From assembly GCF_000621645.1 (NCBI RefSeq), contig NZ_JHXR01000030.1:1-32000 (forward strand): DNA of 32,000 nucleotides, given 5' to 3'. The DNA is from Vibrio cholerae ATCC 14035 (lineage in GTDB: Bacteria > Pseudomonadota > Gammaproteobacteria > Enterobacterales > Vibrionaceae). Positions 13,154 to 23,009 of this stretch are shown here, in pieces (positions within the stretch are counted from its first letter, which is position 1; the number at the start of each line of letters is the position of its first letter). Made by a program: the position numbers and the translations under genes. The notes under the pieces are model-generated. The model made no database searches. It had not been told where the DNA came from and saw nothing but the letters and a program-made list of their open reading frames with translations.

Positions 13154-13831
13154 ATGACTTCAGTACTGACTTTTCAGGACACCCATTTTGATGTAGTTGA
13201 ACGTAACAATCAGTTGTATCTCGATGCGTACCAAATTGGTACGGCACTAGGTTATAGCGATCCAAGAACTGCTGTACGTAAAATTTTTAATCGTAACAAA
13301 GATGAGTTTTCCAGTGGAATGTCTGAGGTCATCAATTTGATGACCTCAGGAAACTACCAAAAATCCGTACGTATTTTCTCACTGCGCGGCGCTCACCTCA
13401 TCGCCATGTTCGCCAGAACGGCCATCGCAAAACAGTTCAGAAAGTGGGTGCTCGATATCCTCGATCAAGAAACCAAAACCCAAACCATCATCCCCATTAC
13501 CACCCCAACGCAAATTCCCAAAGCCAACTGGCCGATCACCTACCAAACCGATTGGAAACCCGCCACCATCACGTTGTTTGGTAAAACCGCCCACTATGTG
13601 CGTTTCGAGCTAAGACCCAAACCATTCAGTTGCGAGTTCAGTGCAAAACACACTCCGCAGGTTTATCAGGCGGTATTCCATTTCGCTGACCAATACAAAA
13701 GACCAAGTATCAGGAATGAAGCCCCAATGATTGGGGATATTGGCTATTTTGAATCAACAAGGCTTGATGACTTATGGGTACAAGTTATTAACTTTGCGGC
13801 AAGGTGCAATAGCCAATGTGCCTTGCTTTAA
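13154..13831 (+). CDS. Bro-N (BRO family N-terminal) domain protein, antirepressor-like, with an unrecognised C-terminal half
   Basis: FQDTHFDVVERNNQLYLDAYQIGTALGYSDPRTAVRKIFNRNKDEF...RIFSLRGAHLIAMFARTAIAKQFRKWVLDIL is the Bro-N/Ant pattern. GGAGG lies 5 nt before the ATG. Confidence 0.75.
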   Translation: MTSVLTFQDTHFDVVERNNQLYLDAYQIGTALGYSDPRTAVRKIFNRNKDEFSSGMSEVINLMTSGNYQKSVRIFSLRGAHLIAMFARTAIAKQFRKWVLDILDQETKTQTIIPITTPTQIPKANWPITYQTDWKPATITLFGKTAHYVRFELRPKPFSCEFSAKHTPQVYQAVFHFADQYKRPSIRNEAPMIGDIGYFESTRLDDLWVQVINFAARCNSQCALL

Positions 13832-14865
13832 ACCTCGATGCTCAAATCAAAATTGAAAGACAGTGATTCCGGTATCTCTGGGTCACTGTTGATTGCATCA
13901 GAAAAACGCTTACACACCGGAACCACTTCATACTTGTCATAAACTTGGCTGACTTTGAGTGGGTCTGGTGCTGTTGCGTCTGTCTGCGGGATCATGCCGC
14001 CCATCCCTGCTGGGAAACGATGCCCCACAAAAATATCTTGCGCCGTGATGTTCTTGATCCGCTCAAACTCATCTTTCGTGGCAATATCGCCCACTGGAAT
14101 CAGTTGAATGCCTTTCTCTGTCCCGTTCGGGATGTTCACAAACATACTGCGGAAATTACCGATCCCTTTAGAACTGGCAATCTTCTCTTTGAGTGCCTTT
14201 TCATCGTCATCGCTCAAGTTCGGGTCGGTCGCATAGAAAATAAAGCCCATGTGCGCACCGTTCAGGTAATAGCGGCGGCGAAACAGGGTGGCGTCACGGT
14301 TCAATAAACTGCTTTGAATGCTGCCCAAGTAATCAGGCAAGCCGTATATCTGCTGCTGCGGGTCATACTGGGGAATAAAAATCACATCCTTCGCTTTAAA
14401 TACCTTTTGCTCGTTGTTACGCAGCAACTGAACAAAGTCCCCGTTCTTACGCTTGCGCATGTGAACCATGGGCAAAGGTTCAAGAGCGATCACATTCTTC
14501 ATATAACTGCGTATCTTCACAAATGCTGCCATACCAAGGCCAAAATAATCCCAGCAAGCATTATTCATTTTGTACATAGGCATGTTGCCACCACTCAGGA
14601 AGCGACCAGCCACATAATTGGCCCGCGCTTTCAGCAGTGAACCGTGATACCCGTTCGCGTTGGCAATTTCAGCTAACCCTTTTAACGAAATAGGCGGCTC
14701 CCAGTAATCATCAAACTCGTTGTAAAACAGCTCACAATAACGAGTCATCCAACTGTTTGTATCAACGGGCTCCGGGTTTGGGTCAAAGCTGTACACAGAT
14801 TTGCTCTCTGTGCCATCGGTAGTGTGTGAGTGAATAAGTTGCTCTGTCATGCTGCCATCTGCCAT
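13828..14865 (-). CDS. Q: Portal protein (P2 gpQ family)
   Basis: [38 protein letters not shown] matches P2 Q YGLPEYLSALNSAWLNESATLFRRKYYENGAHAGYIMY. 345 aa. Confidence 0.92.
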   Translation of the reverse strand: MADGSMTEQLIHSHTTDGTESKSVYSFDPNPEPVDTNSWMTRYCELFYNEFDDYWEPPISLKGLAEIANANGYHGSLLKARANYVAGRFLSGGNMPMYKMNNACWDYFGLGMAAFVKIRSYMKNVIALEPLPMVHMRKRKNGDFVQLLRNNEQKVFKAKDVIFIPQYDPQQQIYGLPDYLGSIQSSLLNRDATLFRRRYYLNGAHMGFIFYATDPNLSDDDEKALKEKIASSKGIGNFRSMFVNIPNGTEKGIQLIPVGDIATKDEFERIKNITAQDIFVGHRFPAGMGGMIPQTDATAPDPLKVSQVYDKYEVVPVCKRFSDAINSDPEIPESLSFNFDLSIEV

Positions 14866-16664
14866 GTTGATTTGCGTTGAGTGGAGTGATCGAGGGGTTC
14901 ATTAATCAGCGCGTGAGAAAGAGCCCAAAAGTCGTCAGCGTGGCCAGCTTGCTCGCTACGTTCGGCCTTAAAGGTCATCATGTTGCCGCTGTTCGTGGCG
15001 ACACGCTTAATCGCCATAAACGCCATTGCCGTTTCTTTCATGCCCGCATCAAACTGCAGGCGGTTGCCGTCAATGATGTCGATCATCTTCATCACCAAGC
15101 GGTTTTTATTTTCGTTCGAATAGTGAATTGCCACCGTTTCGCGAGGGTGCTTATTAACCAGCAAGTCATGAACACCCGCGCCAATGCCGGTGATATCAAT
15201 GCCAAGGTAAGTCACATTGAAGCGCTCAAACACTTTGCTGATCTCAGAAGCCTGATGTTGGAAAGAAAGCCCGCGCCAAGTGTGTTTCTCAAGCACACGG
15301 AATTTCTCAACCGCCACAATCGGTGGCGCGACCACCATCAGCACCGCATTATCACGGGTTCGTGATGGGTCATAGCCTAACCACACCTCACGGCTACCAA
15401 ATGGGCGAGCAGCGTTTGGCTTGAAGTCCTGCCAAATCTCGCTATCCACCATGCAGCGTTCAATCTTATTAAATTCAAATATCGAGCTGGCACCATCAAC
15501 AAACACGCACATAAACAAGTTGTTGAAGTCCGTCTCGCTGTACTCTTCGCGCAGTTCCTCAATATCAAAGAGGTCACAGCCACCCTTAGCGGCATCCTCA
15601 ATCGTAACCACATAACGCCACTGGCGATCAGGGCACAAGCGACCGCCATCGCGCAGTTCATCAAAGGTCGGGAACTCAATATTTTTCCGAGTGGTTTTAT
15701 CGCCGCGCCATTTTTCACCCGTCCAGAACGGGTAAGCAGGGTGCATCTTAGAAGAAGGGGTGGAAAAGTAAGTCTTACGCCACTTTTTATGCGTAGCCAT
15801 CGCCGAGGCGACTTTGTTCAGCTCGTCAAACTTGCCGATCCAGAAATACTCATCAATATAAACGTGGCCGTGGTAACTCTGTGCAGTTTTGCCGTTGGTA
15901 GAGAGATAGTGCAACTCTGCACCATTCGACAAAGTAGAAGGGTTACCCGTGATCTCAATGCCTAAAAACTCTTTTGCAATCGCCACAATATAGCGACGGA
16001 AAACATCAGCTTGAGCGCGAGAGGCTGAGAGAAATATCTGGTTATCGCCCGTGAGAATCGCCTGTTCTAACGCTTCACCTGCAAAGTAATAGGTTGCGCC
16101 AATTTGGCGAGACTTGAGAATGTTACGTGTCCGCTGGTGCAGGTTGTTACGCATCGTGTGCTGATAGGCAAACAGCGAGTCATGCCACAGCTTAAAATCG
16201 GCCTCGGTGATCTCACTAACATCATTCTTAACTTTCTTACGTTTACCACTGGGCGCAGATTGTTTACCAGAATCGCCCGTTTGTGTGCCAGATTCGGCCT
16301 TAGGTGAACCACTTTTGCTACTATGTGCACCACTTTGCGCCGAAACTGTACCAGCTTCATTGGGCTGAGTCGGTTGCTCAGTAGCGCGCAGCTTCTTAAG
16401 TTTGACGTGATGATTAATCAGCCGATCGAGCATATCCAACTGCGGTTTACTTGGGTTCTCTACCTCAAGCAGCGTTTGAATACGATTCGCGATAGCTTCA
16501 TCAATCGTTTGTTCACGCAACATATCGCGCCAACCAAACTTATCCGCCCAGTAGTAAATAATTCGGTCACTGTTCAGATTCAATTCGTCGGCGATTTCGC
16601 GTGGCGTCCATGCCTTCAAATAGAGGGCTCGGGCGGCTTGTCGGATTTCGGGAGAGTATGCCAT
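14847..16664 (-). CDS. P: Terminase large (ATPase) subunit (P2 gpP family)
   Basis: 605 aa. [20 protein letters not shown]...[10 protein letters not shown] and the Q-P arrangement match P2. A Ser/Gly/Lys-rich linker spans aa 96-146. Confidence 0.92.
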   Translation of the reverse strand: MAYSPEIRQAARALYLKAWTPREIADELNLNSDRIIYYWADKFGWRDMLREQTIDEAIANRIQTLLEVENPSKPQLDMLDRLINHHVKLKKLRATEQPTQPNEAGTVSAQSGAHSSKSGSPKAESGTQTGDSGKQSAPSGKRKKVKNDVSEITEADFKLWHDSLFAYQHTMRNNLHQRTRNILKSRQIGATYYFAGEALEQAILTGDNQIFLSASRAQADVFRRYIVAIAKEFLGIEITGNPSTLSNGAELHYLSTNGKTAQSYHGHVYIDEYFWIGKFDELNKVASAMATHKKWRKTYFSTPSSKMHPAYPFWTGEKWRGDKTTRKNIEFPTFDELRDGGRLCPDRQWRYVVTIEDAAKGGCDLFDIEELREEYSETDFNNLFMCVFVDGASSIFEFNKIERCMVDSEIWQDFKPNAARPFGSREVWLGYDPSRTRDNAVLMVVAPPIVAVEKFRVLEKHTWRGLSFQHQASEISKVFERFNVTYLGIDITGIGAGVHDLLVNKHPRETVAIHYSNENKNRLVMKMIDIIDGNRLQFDAGMKETAMAFMAIKRVATNSGNMMTFKAERSEQAGHADDFWALSHALINEPLDHSTQRKSTWQMAA

Positions 16665-16719
16665 GAGTGCATCATACGCCGCGAAAACACCCTGATTCGC
16701 CTACAAAAATTCCGACAAT

Positions 16720-16743
16720 TTCGGATATAACGCCATATCCGAA
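16720..16743. promoter_or_regulatory. Perfect 9-bp dyad in the divergent late promoter region (candidate Ogr-type activator site)
   Basis: TTCGGATAT-N6-ATATCCGAA. An extra TCCGA (16711-16715) lies just upstream. The element sits between the P and O starts. Confidence 0.45.
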
Positions 16744-16837
16744 TTCACCCGAACACTGCTTGCTGAAAGCCAACTTTTTACGGCGTATGGTGGCGACACA
16801 TTAACGAGATTCAGCAATAACCAAGAGTGTTCACCCC

Positions 16838-17737
16838 ATGCCAAAAACCAGTGATTGGGTAATAGTCGCCACAGCAGGAACAACAGTTTCTGATGGAAGA
16901 GTCATCAGCGAAAGCTGGATTAATGACATGGCAGAACTGTATGACCCAGAAGAGTACAAAGCTCTAATCTGGCCTGAGCATTATCGAAGTGCTTGGGCGG
17001 TATTTGAGGGTAAAAACTGGGGTGAAGTTGAAGAGCTAAAAGCAGGAAAGTTCAAAGACAAACTGCGACTTTTTGCCAAGTTAACGCCAAATCATTATCT
17101 GCTTGAAGCCAATAAAGACGGTCAAAAGCTCTTCTCATCAATCGAACCAGAACCGGATTACAAAAAAGAAGGACGTTGTTACTTGCTTGGCCTAGCTGTG
17201 ACTGACTCCCCAGCATCATCGGGTACAACTCGCCTTCGCTTTTCTCGCGTTCAAGGTCAATACACGGAATTGGAGTGTAGCGCGTTGGAAGAATGGGACT
17301 TGACGCCGTTCTACAGCCAAAACGCTGAATTCTCGAAATTCTTTGCCATGTGCAGAAGCTTCTTTAATCGTGAACAGCCAAACGAAACCAACCAACCTCA
17401 ATCAGAGGACGAAGAACCCATGAAGCAAGAACAGTTCGACCAAATGATGGGCGCTATTAACGGTATTGCGACTAAGCAAAACGAGCTTGAAAGCAAGTTC
17501 AATACCTTCTCCGCCCAAAAGCCAGAAACCAAAGGTGAAGAACCCGAAGGTGATGGCAAGGACAAGGAAACGAACGGCATGACTCCTGAGCAGTTCAGCA
17601 AGCTCACAGAAACGCTTGATAGCATCGCTCAAAAGCAAGCCGATCTCGAAACCAAATTCACGCAACTGAGCCAAACGGGTCCCGAAGGCCAAGGCGCAGA
17701 TAAATCAGGTGGCGGCGAAGGCTACATGCCTGTTTAA
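16838..17737 (+). CDS. O: Capsid scaffolding protein (P2 gpO family)
   Basis: SDGRVISESWINDMAELYDPEEY..WGEVEELKA..CYLLGLAVTDSPASSGT parallels P2 O CDGRVISAQDIQEMAETFDPRVY..YGDVAELKA..CYLVGLAVTDDPASLGT. Confidence 0.9.
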   Translation: MPKTSDWVIVATAGTTVSDGRVISESWINDMAELYDPEEYKALIWPEHYRSAWAVFEGKNWGEVEELKAGKFKDKLRLFAKLTPNHYLLEANKDGQKLFSSIEPEPDYKKEGRCYLLGLAVTDSPASSGTTRLRFSRVQGQYTELECSALEEWDLTPFYSQNAEFSKFFAMCRSFFNREQPNETNQPQSEDEEPMKQEQFDQMMGAINGIATKQNELESKFNTFSAQKPETKGEEPEGDGKDKETNGMTPEQFSKLTETLDSIAQKQADLETKFTQLSQTGPEGQGADKSGGGEGYMPV

Positions 17738-17773
17738 CCGCGAACCCATCACAGTAACTAGGAGCATCGCGTA

Positions 17774-18796
17774 ATGTCGCAGATTCTTACTCAATCCGCC
17801 CGTGAATACATGGATAACTTCGCTCAGCAATTGGCGAAAAGCTACGGCGTATCGAACGTAGCAGAACTATTCAATGTATCACCGCAGTTGGAAACCAAAC
17901 TTCGCGCAGCCATTACCGAGTCTGCCGAGTTTCTGAAAATTATCACCGTGACCACCGTTGACCAAATCGAAGGTCAAGTGGTCGATGTGGGTGTGTCCGG
18001 TCTTTACACTGGCCGTAAAGCGGGTGGCCGTTTCACCAAGCAAGTGGGCGTAGGTGGTCACAAATACAAACTCGCGGAAACCGATTCTTGTGCCGCCATC
18101 ACTTGGGCAATGCTATGCCAGTGGGCGAACCAAGGTGGCCGCGATCAGTTCATGAAGCACCTGACTGAATTCTCTAACCAAATGTTCGCACTCGACATCA
18201 TGCGTGTGGGCTGGAATGGCGTTACCGCAGCAGAAACGACCAATCCAGCAGAGTATCCGCTCGGCCAAGATGTCAACGAAGGCTGGATTGCGTATGTGAA
18301 AAACCGCAAAGCCTCACAAGTGGTGGATGTCGATGTCTACTTCGATGAAACCAACGGCGACTACCGCACGCTAGACGCGATGGCCTCAGACATCATCAAC
18401 AACCAAATTCACCCCATGTTCCGCAACGACCCACGCTTAACCGTGTTCGTCGGTTCAGGGCTGATAGGTGCCGCTCAAGCCAAACTGTACGACAAAGCGG
18501 ACAAACCTAGCGAACAAATCGCCGCTCAAAAGCTCGATAAAACCATCGCAGGCCGTCCCGCTTACGTGCCGCCATTCCTGCCAGACAACGCCATGGTCGT
18601 GACCATTCCGGCAAACCTGCAGGTATTGACTCAGCACGGCACAGTGCAACGTAAAGCGAAACACGAATCTGATCGCAAGCAGTTCGAAAACGCATACTGG
18701 CGCATGGAAGGTTACGCAGTGGGTGTGTTGGAAGCGTTCGCCGCTTACAACCCAGAAAAAGTCCACATCGGCCCTAAACCAGAGGCTGGAGCGTAA
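17774..18796 (+). CDS. N: Major capsid protein (P2 gpN family)
   Basis: 340 aa. The order O-N-M-L and segments such as FALDIMRVGWNGVTAAETTNP..GWIAYVKN resemble P2 N (LDFIMAGFNGVKRAETSD..GWLQKYRN). Confidence 0.9.
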   Translation: MSQILTQSAREYMDNFAQQLAKSYGVSNVAELFNVSPQLETKLRAAITESAEFLKIITVTTVDQIEGQVVDVGVSGLYTGRKAGGRFTKQVGVGGHKYKLAETDSCAAITWAMLCQWANQGGRDQFMKHLTEFSNQMFALDIMRVGWNGVTAAETTNPAEYPLGQDVNEGWIAYVKNRKASQVVDVDVYFDETNGDYRTLDAMASDIINNQIHPMFRNDPRLTVFVGSGLIGAAQAKLYDKADKPSEQIAAQKLDKTIAGRPAYVPPFLPDNAMVVTIPANLQVLTQHGTVQRKAKHESDRKQFENAYWRMEGYAVGVLEAFAAYNPEKVHIGPKPEAGA

Positions 18797-18799
18797 CTG

Positions 18800-19516
18800 A
18801 TGAGCTTATCCCCAGCAGCACGCCATAAATTGGCAGTATTAGCCACCCCAGCAGCGGCAGCTCATGCCGCTGCAGCGGAAAGCCTCGACAGCTTGCACCT
18901 TCGCTTAGTTGAGTTTGAGCAAGATAAACAAGTGCTGAAAGGCTTTGTGCAAATTTCGGAAAAGGTCAACCACAAACGTGATGTGCTGATCCCGAAATAC
19001 AAACCACTGGCTGAAAAATACCTCGCTGCTGGGGAAAGCTATCAAAACCCCATTTTTACAGATCTCATCGTTTGGTTATTCGACATCGGTGATCTGGAAA
19101 CCGCCGTGGAATGGCTATTCAAAGCCATCGAGCTAAACCTACCCACGCCGGAAAACTTTAAACGCTCAAGCTGGGCAATTGTCTGCGCGGATTTCGTCCT
19201 CGAATGGGCAGAACGCCAGCTACCGAACGGCCACTCAATCGAGCCTTACTTCTCCCGTGTATTCGAGAAAATCGACAAAGAGTGGGTATTACCCGAAGTC
19301 GTTGAAGCCAAGTGGTACAAGTTCGCGGGTTACGGCCTGCTGATGAACGAAAAAGGCGAACCACAACCCAGTTTAATTGGTGATCTGGAGCGGTTGCAAA
19401 AGGCCAAAGCCTTACTCATCACCGCCCATGAAAAGCACGACAAAATCGGGGTGAAAACCAAGATTAACCAGATTGATATGCGTATCAACGCGATCAACGA
19501 AGGCAAGAATTTGTAA
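18800..19516 (+). CDS. M: Terminase small/endonuclease subunit (P2 gpM family)
   Basis: 238 aa, in the position directly after the capsid gene as in P2. Confidence 0.75.
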   Translation: MSLSPAARHKLAVLATPAAAAHAAAAESLDSLHLRLVEFEQDKQVLKGFVQISEKVNHKRDVLIPKYKPLAEKYLAAGESYQNPIFTDLIVWLFDIGDLETAVEWLFKAIELNLPTPENFKRSSWAIVCADFVLEWAERQLPNGHSIEPYFSRVFEKIDKEWVLPEVVEAKWYKFAGYGLLMNEKGEPQPSLIGDLERLQKAKALLITAHEKHDKIGVKTKINQIDMRINAINEGKNL

Positions 19517-19622
19517 AGCTCCTACGCCGCCGCGCTCGGCTGGCGAGGTTGCAATAACCTGCGTGGTTCATTGCTATACCGTCGACCCAGTGGCTAGAGC
19601 GCACCTATTTAGAGAGAAACGC

Positions 19623-20084
19623 ATGTTCACAGGCAGCAACACCAGCTTTCAGGATACCACCATCGAGAACGATGGATTCTGGCCAAACATCAACGCAGGA
19701 GATTTCGAACGCCTGCGTGGAACGCCAGCCGCGCAAGACGATGAGCGCATCGCTCACGCTGTGGTTAACGCCATCGCATCGGTAAACCTGCAACTGAGTG
19801 ATCTGAAAGCCAAGTACATCGCCGCAGGTCATGCCAGCGCAGCAGACGTGCCAGCGTTTCCAAAAGTGAATGATAAAAACCTCATCGTCATTCAGTACCA
19901 AAGCGCCGTGTTTGCTCGGGCAAAAGCCGATTTACTGCCCGATTTCGCCACCGTCAGCCAGAAAAAAGAAGGTGATCACCTCGCTGAGCGATCACAAGAA
20001 ACCAAAAACGAACTGCTGGCCGAAAGTGAACGCATCATCCGCAATATGCTCGGCAAAAATCGCGCAAGCGTGGAGCTGATATGA
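19623..20084 (+). CDS. L: Head completion/stabilisation protein (P2 gpL family)
   Basis: Start at ATG 19623. FWPNINAGDFERLRGTPAAQDDERIAHAV parallels P2 L FFPDIDPKRVRERMRLEQTVAPARLREAI. Confidence 0.75.
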   Translation: MFTGSNTSFQDTTIENDGFWPNINAGDFERLRGTPAAQDDERIAHAVVNAIASVNLQLSDLKAKYIAAGHASAADVPAFPKVNDKNLIVIQYQSAVFARAKADLLPDFATVSQKKEGDHLAERSQETKNELLAESERIIRNMLGKNRASVELI

Positions 20085-20563
20085 GTACGCAATATCAAGC
20101 GGGTTACAAGATGAGAGCTTTGAGAAAACACATTGAAGAGTGTGTAGGTGATCAAATCGCTCAAAGGCTTGAGGCTGAAATGACGGATATCTCGTTGAAG
20201 TTATTACCCAAACACATGGGCAATGGCTTCAACTTAATGCAGCAAAAATACAGAGCAGAGTTTTATTTCGACAGATTCCCGTTCAAGAAATACGACCCTG
20301 CGGTGCTATTTGCCAATGTTGGCGCATGGATTCTTGACCATGATCTTGACCGAGCGGAAAGCAATGGGCTGCGTGACCCAGATATTGATGTAGTTCTTGA
20401 AGATGAAAACAGTGCTGAAGTGCTAGTCATCATTGAATTTGAAGAAGATATCAAAATCATCGAATGCGAAAACGGTGGCATCAAATGGCGTGGGAAAAAA
20501 TGGAAAATCGCTGAATACGAAATTTGGGTAGCTGAAAACCTGATCGATGTGGTGAACAGATGA
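20081..20563 (+). CDS. R: Tail completion protein (P2 gpR-like)
   Basis: 160 aa. The pattern YRAEFYFDRF..VLFANVGAWILDH..DIDVVLEDENSAEVLVIIEF resembles gpR (YTLNVIVTDF..LIVPVLAWLREN..FYADINNDSSFDISISL). Confidence 0.6.
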   Translation: MSTQYQAGYKMRALRKHIEECVGDQIAQRLEAEMTDISLKLLPKHMGNGFNLMQQKYRAEFYFDRFPFKKYDPAVLFANVGAWILDHDLDRAESNGLRDPDIDVVLEDENSAEVLVIIEFEEDIKIIECENGGIKWRGKKWKIAEYEIWVAENLIDVVNR

Positions 20564-21216
20564 TAACGATTAGAGCAGACAGAGATAGCCAATTAATGCT
20601 TATGGAGTCGTTAAAACTCTTAACGTTGCCAGCAAAAAAGAAGAAAGGCTTGCTAGAACAGGCTGCGCTGATTTCACGCGAAAAATCACGTTCAAATGCT
20701 GCTAAGCAGGAAAGCCAAGAGGGAACTGCTTGGAAAGAGAGGAAGCGGCTAAGCGGAAAAAAAAGCCGAAAGAAAATGCTTCAAGGAATAGCTCGCTTAA
20801 TGGGGGTTATTAGTGTTGATGAAAAGCGTGCGGTAGTCGGCTGGAAAGTCGGTATGACGTCCAAAATAGCGGCTTATCACCACTCTGGTGGCAGCTACAA
20901 AATGAGCGCTTCAAAAATCAGGGCGATAAGAGGAAAGCCAGATTACCAAGCTCAAGCAACAAAAGAGCAAGCTAGAGCTTTAAGAAAAGAAGGGTTTAAG
21001 GCTCGGATTAACGGAAGAAAACGTAGGCCAACGAATACATGGGTAATGGAAAACCTGAAACAAGGTCAAGCGGGGTTAATTATCCGATTACTAAGAAACT
21101 CCAAGCAAGTTAGAAGTTGGGACATAAAGGCAGAAACACGTCAATTTGTACAAGTGGATAGCCCTGAAATTCTTCGACTTTACCGTAAAGCAATATCACC
21201 AAGCAGGAGCAAATAA
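20560..21216 (+). CDS. S: Virion morphogenesis / tail completion protein (P2 gpS-like)
   Basis: Basic Lys/Arg-rich N-terminal half and ..SKIAAYHHSGG.. (compare gpS RIARVHQYG). Position after the R-like gene. Confidence 0.55.
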   Translation: MITIRADRDSQLMLMESLKLLTLPAKKKKGLLEQAALISREKSRSNAAKQESQEGTAWKERKRLSGKKSRKKMLQGIARLMGVISVDEKRAVVGWKVGMTSKIAAYHHSGGSYKMSASKIRAIRGKPDYQAQATKEQARALRKEGFKARINGRKRRPTNTWVMENLKQGQAGLIIRLLRNSKQVRSWDIKAETRQFVQVDSPEILRLYRKAISPSRSK

Positions 21217-21217
21217 C

Positions 21218-22327
21218 ATGGCATGGCCTACCGTTATTATCAAAATCTTAAACCTGATGAATGGCCCGATTGCCGATATCGAGTGCCACTTCCTATTCGT
21301 CATTCGCGGCACCGTTTCCGGTGACGTTCGCAACCTAATCATGGTCGATTCAACCTCAGACCTTGACGACGTGTTAGCCGAAGCCAGCGCCGAAGGGCTT
21401 GCCATTGTCAAAGCCGCCCAGCTTAACGGCAAACAGGCATGGACAGCGGGCGTGATGATCCTCAGCGAAGAAGACAACTGGCAAGACGCTGTCAAAAAAG
21501 CCAATGAAGTCTCTAGCTTCGAATTCGTTGTGCTTGGCTTTGATGCCGAAACCAAAGCCATGATCGAAGATGCCATCACCCTGCGCACCGAGCTGAAAAA
21601 CAGCTTAGGCCGTGAAGTCGGCGTGCTGTGCCAACTGCCCGCCATCAACAACGACCCAGCAAACGGCAAAACATGGGCAGAGTGGTTAGCCGCCACGGTC
21701 GCCATCCCAAAAGATGTGGCGAGTGAATACATTTCCGTTGTGCCGAATGTACATGCAGCAGGTGACACACTCGGCAAGTACGCTGGCCGTCTCGCGAATA
21801 AAGAAGTTTCCATCGCAGATTCACCGGCACGAGTGCAAACCGGAAGCGTGTTGGGTAACACCGAGCTGATGAAAGACAAAGCCGGAAAAGCCCTAGACCT
21901 CGCCACCCTAAAAGCGCTTGAGTCTAACCGCATCGCCGTGCCGATGTGGTACCCAGATTACCCCGGTCAATACTGGACAACTGGCCGCACCCTCGATGTG
22001 CCAGGTGGTGATTACCAAGATATCCGCCACATTCGTGTCGCGATGAAAGCCGCCCGCAAAGTGCGTATTCGTGCCATTGCCCGCATTGCCGACCGCACAC
22101 TCAACTCAACGCCGCAAAGCATCGCCGCTGCAAAGCTCTATTTCACCCAAGATTTGCGCACCATGGCACTCACGGGCGTGCCGGGGGAAATCTACCCACC
22201 AGAGGATGAAGACATCCAAATCAAATGGGTAAACAGCACCGATGTAGAAATCTACATGAGCGTTCAGCCCTACGAATGCCCGGTGAAAATCACCATCGCT
22301 ATTTCCGTTAAACAAGGGGATTACTAA
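21218..22327 (+). CDS. Tail sheath protein (HP1/K139-type)
   Basis: 369 aa from ATG 21218 (AGGAG 8 nt upstream). Directly followed by the tube-sized gene. The call rests on position and size. Confidence 0.6.
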   Translation: MAWPTVIIKILNLMNGPIADIECHFLFVIRGTVSGDVRNLIMVDSTSDLDDVLAEASAEGLAIVKAAQLNGKQAWTAGVMILSEEDNWQDAVKKANEVSSFEFVVLGFDAETKAMIEDAITLRTELKNSLGREVGVLCQLPAINNDPANGKTWAEWLAATVAIPKDVASEYISVVPNVHAAGDTLGKYAGRLANKEVSIADSPARVQTGSVLGNTELMKDKAGKALDLATLKALESNRIAVPMWYPDYPGQYWTTGRTLDVPGGDYQDIRHIRVAMKAARKVRIRAIARIADRTLNSTPQSIAAAKLYFTQDLRTMALTGVPGEIYPPEDEDIQIKWVNSTDVEIYMSVQPYECPVKITIAISVKQGDY

Positions 22328-22785
22328 TGAGCAACGCACGTTTCTCAGGCCGCAACTTTGACACCACGCTATTTGGCGAATTCGTCCACGTAAAAAGCGC
22401 CACCGCAACCATCAACGATGAAAGCGAAGCGGCATATACCCGCGGCGTCACCGATGGCTATACCGACGGCAAAGTGAGCTGTGATGTTGAAGTAGAACTC
22501 GACCTCAACCAGTTCAAAAAAATACACAAAGCCGCCCGTCGAGCGGGCAGCTATCGCGGGATCAAACCTGACGACATGATGTTTTACGCCAACAACGGCC
22601 AAGACGAAGACAAGGTGGAACTCTTCGGCGTCAAGTTCGTGCTGGCAGACATCCTCAGCATTGACCCAGAAAGCAGCGATAAATCCACCCGCAAGCTAAA
22701 AGGCTTTGTCACAAGCCCGCTGTTTGTTCGCATTAACGGTGTGCCGTATCTATCGAAAGATGATACTCGCGGCCTGATCAACTAG
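22327..22785 (+). CDS. Tail tube protein
   Basis: 152 aa, ATGA-coupled to the sheath gene. The call rests on position and size. Confidence 0.6.
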   Translation: MSNARFSGRNFDTTLFGEFVHVKSATATINDESEAAYTRGVTDGYTDGKVSCDVEVELDLNQFKKIHKAARRAGSYRGIKPDDMMFYANNGQDEDKVELFGVKFVLADILSIDPESSDKSTRKLKGFVTSPLFVRINGVPYLSKDDTRGLIN

Positions 22786-22799
22786 CGGTAAGGGCGGTT

Positions 22800-23009
22800 A
22801 TGGATGTCATCGACGATGCCGCAAAAACGGAAGCCAAATTCCAACAAATGGCGCTGGCTAACCACAGAGCAAGGGCAATGCAAACAGCCTACTTGCCTAG
22901 CCGCACCCACTGTTTGGAATGTGACGACCCAATCCCAAAAGAGCGGCAAGAAAAAGTAAAGGGGTGTCAGTATTGCACCCCCTGTCAGGCCGCAAAGGAG
23001 CAACGATGA
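22800..23009 (+). CDS. TraR/DksA-family C4 zinc-finger protein
   Basis: CLECDDPIPKERQEKVKGCQYCTPCQ is the phage TraR-type CxxC-x17-CxxC pattern. Confidence 0.8.
   Translation: MDVIDDAAKTEAKFQQMALANHRARAMQTAYLPSRTHCLECDDPIPKERQEKVKGCQYCTPCQAAKEQR

Noticed and set aside
16227-16379. Ser/Gly/Lys-rich low-complexity stretch (aa 96-146) in the large terminase
   Set aside because: Probably a flexible linker between the N-terminal DNA-binding region and the ATPase. I cannot say from memory whether it is an insertion relative to P2 gpP, so it is not raised as a finding.
19517-19622. 106-bp gap between the M-like and L-like genes with AGGTT-gcaat-AACCT
   Set aside because: Only a 5-bp stem with no U-tail. 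Insufficient to call a terminator or regulatory element.
21196-21933. 245-aa ORF on the minus strand
   Set aside because: It lies entirely antisense to the sheath gene. The Ser/Ala/Thr-rich, low-complexity translation is typical of a mirror frame. No RBS or context supports it.
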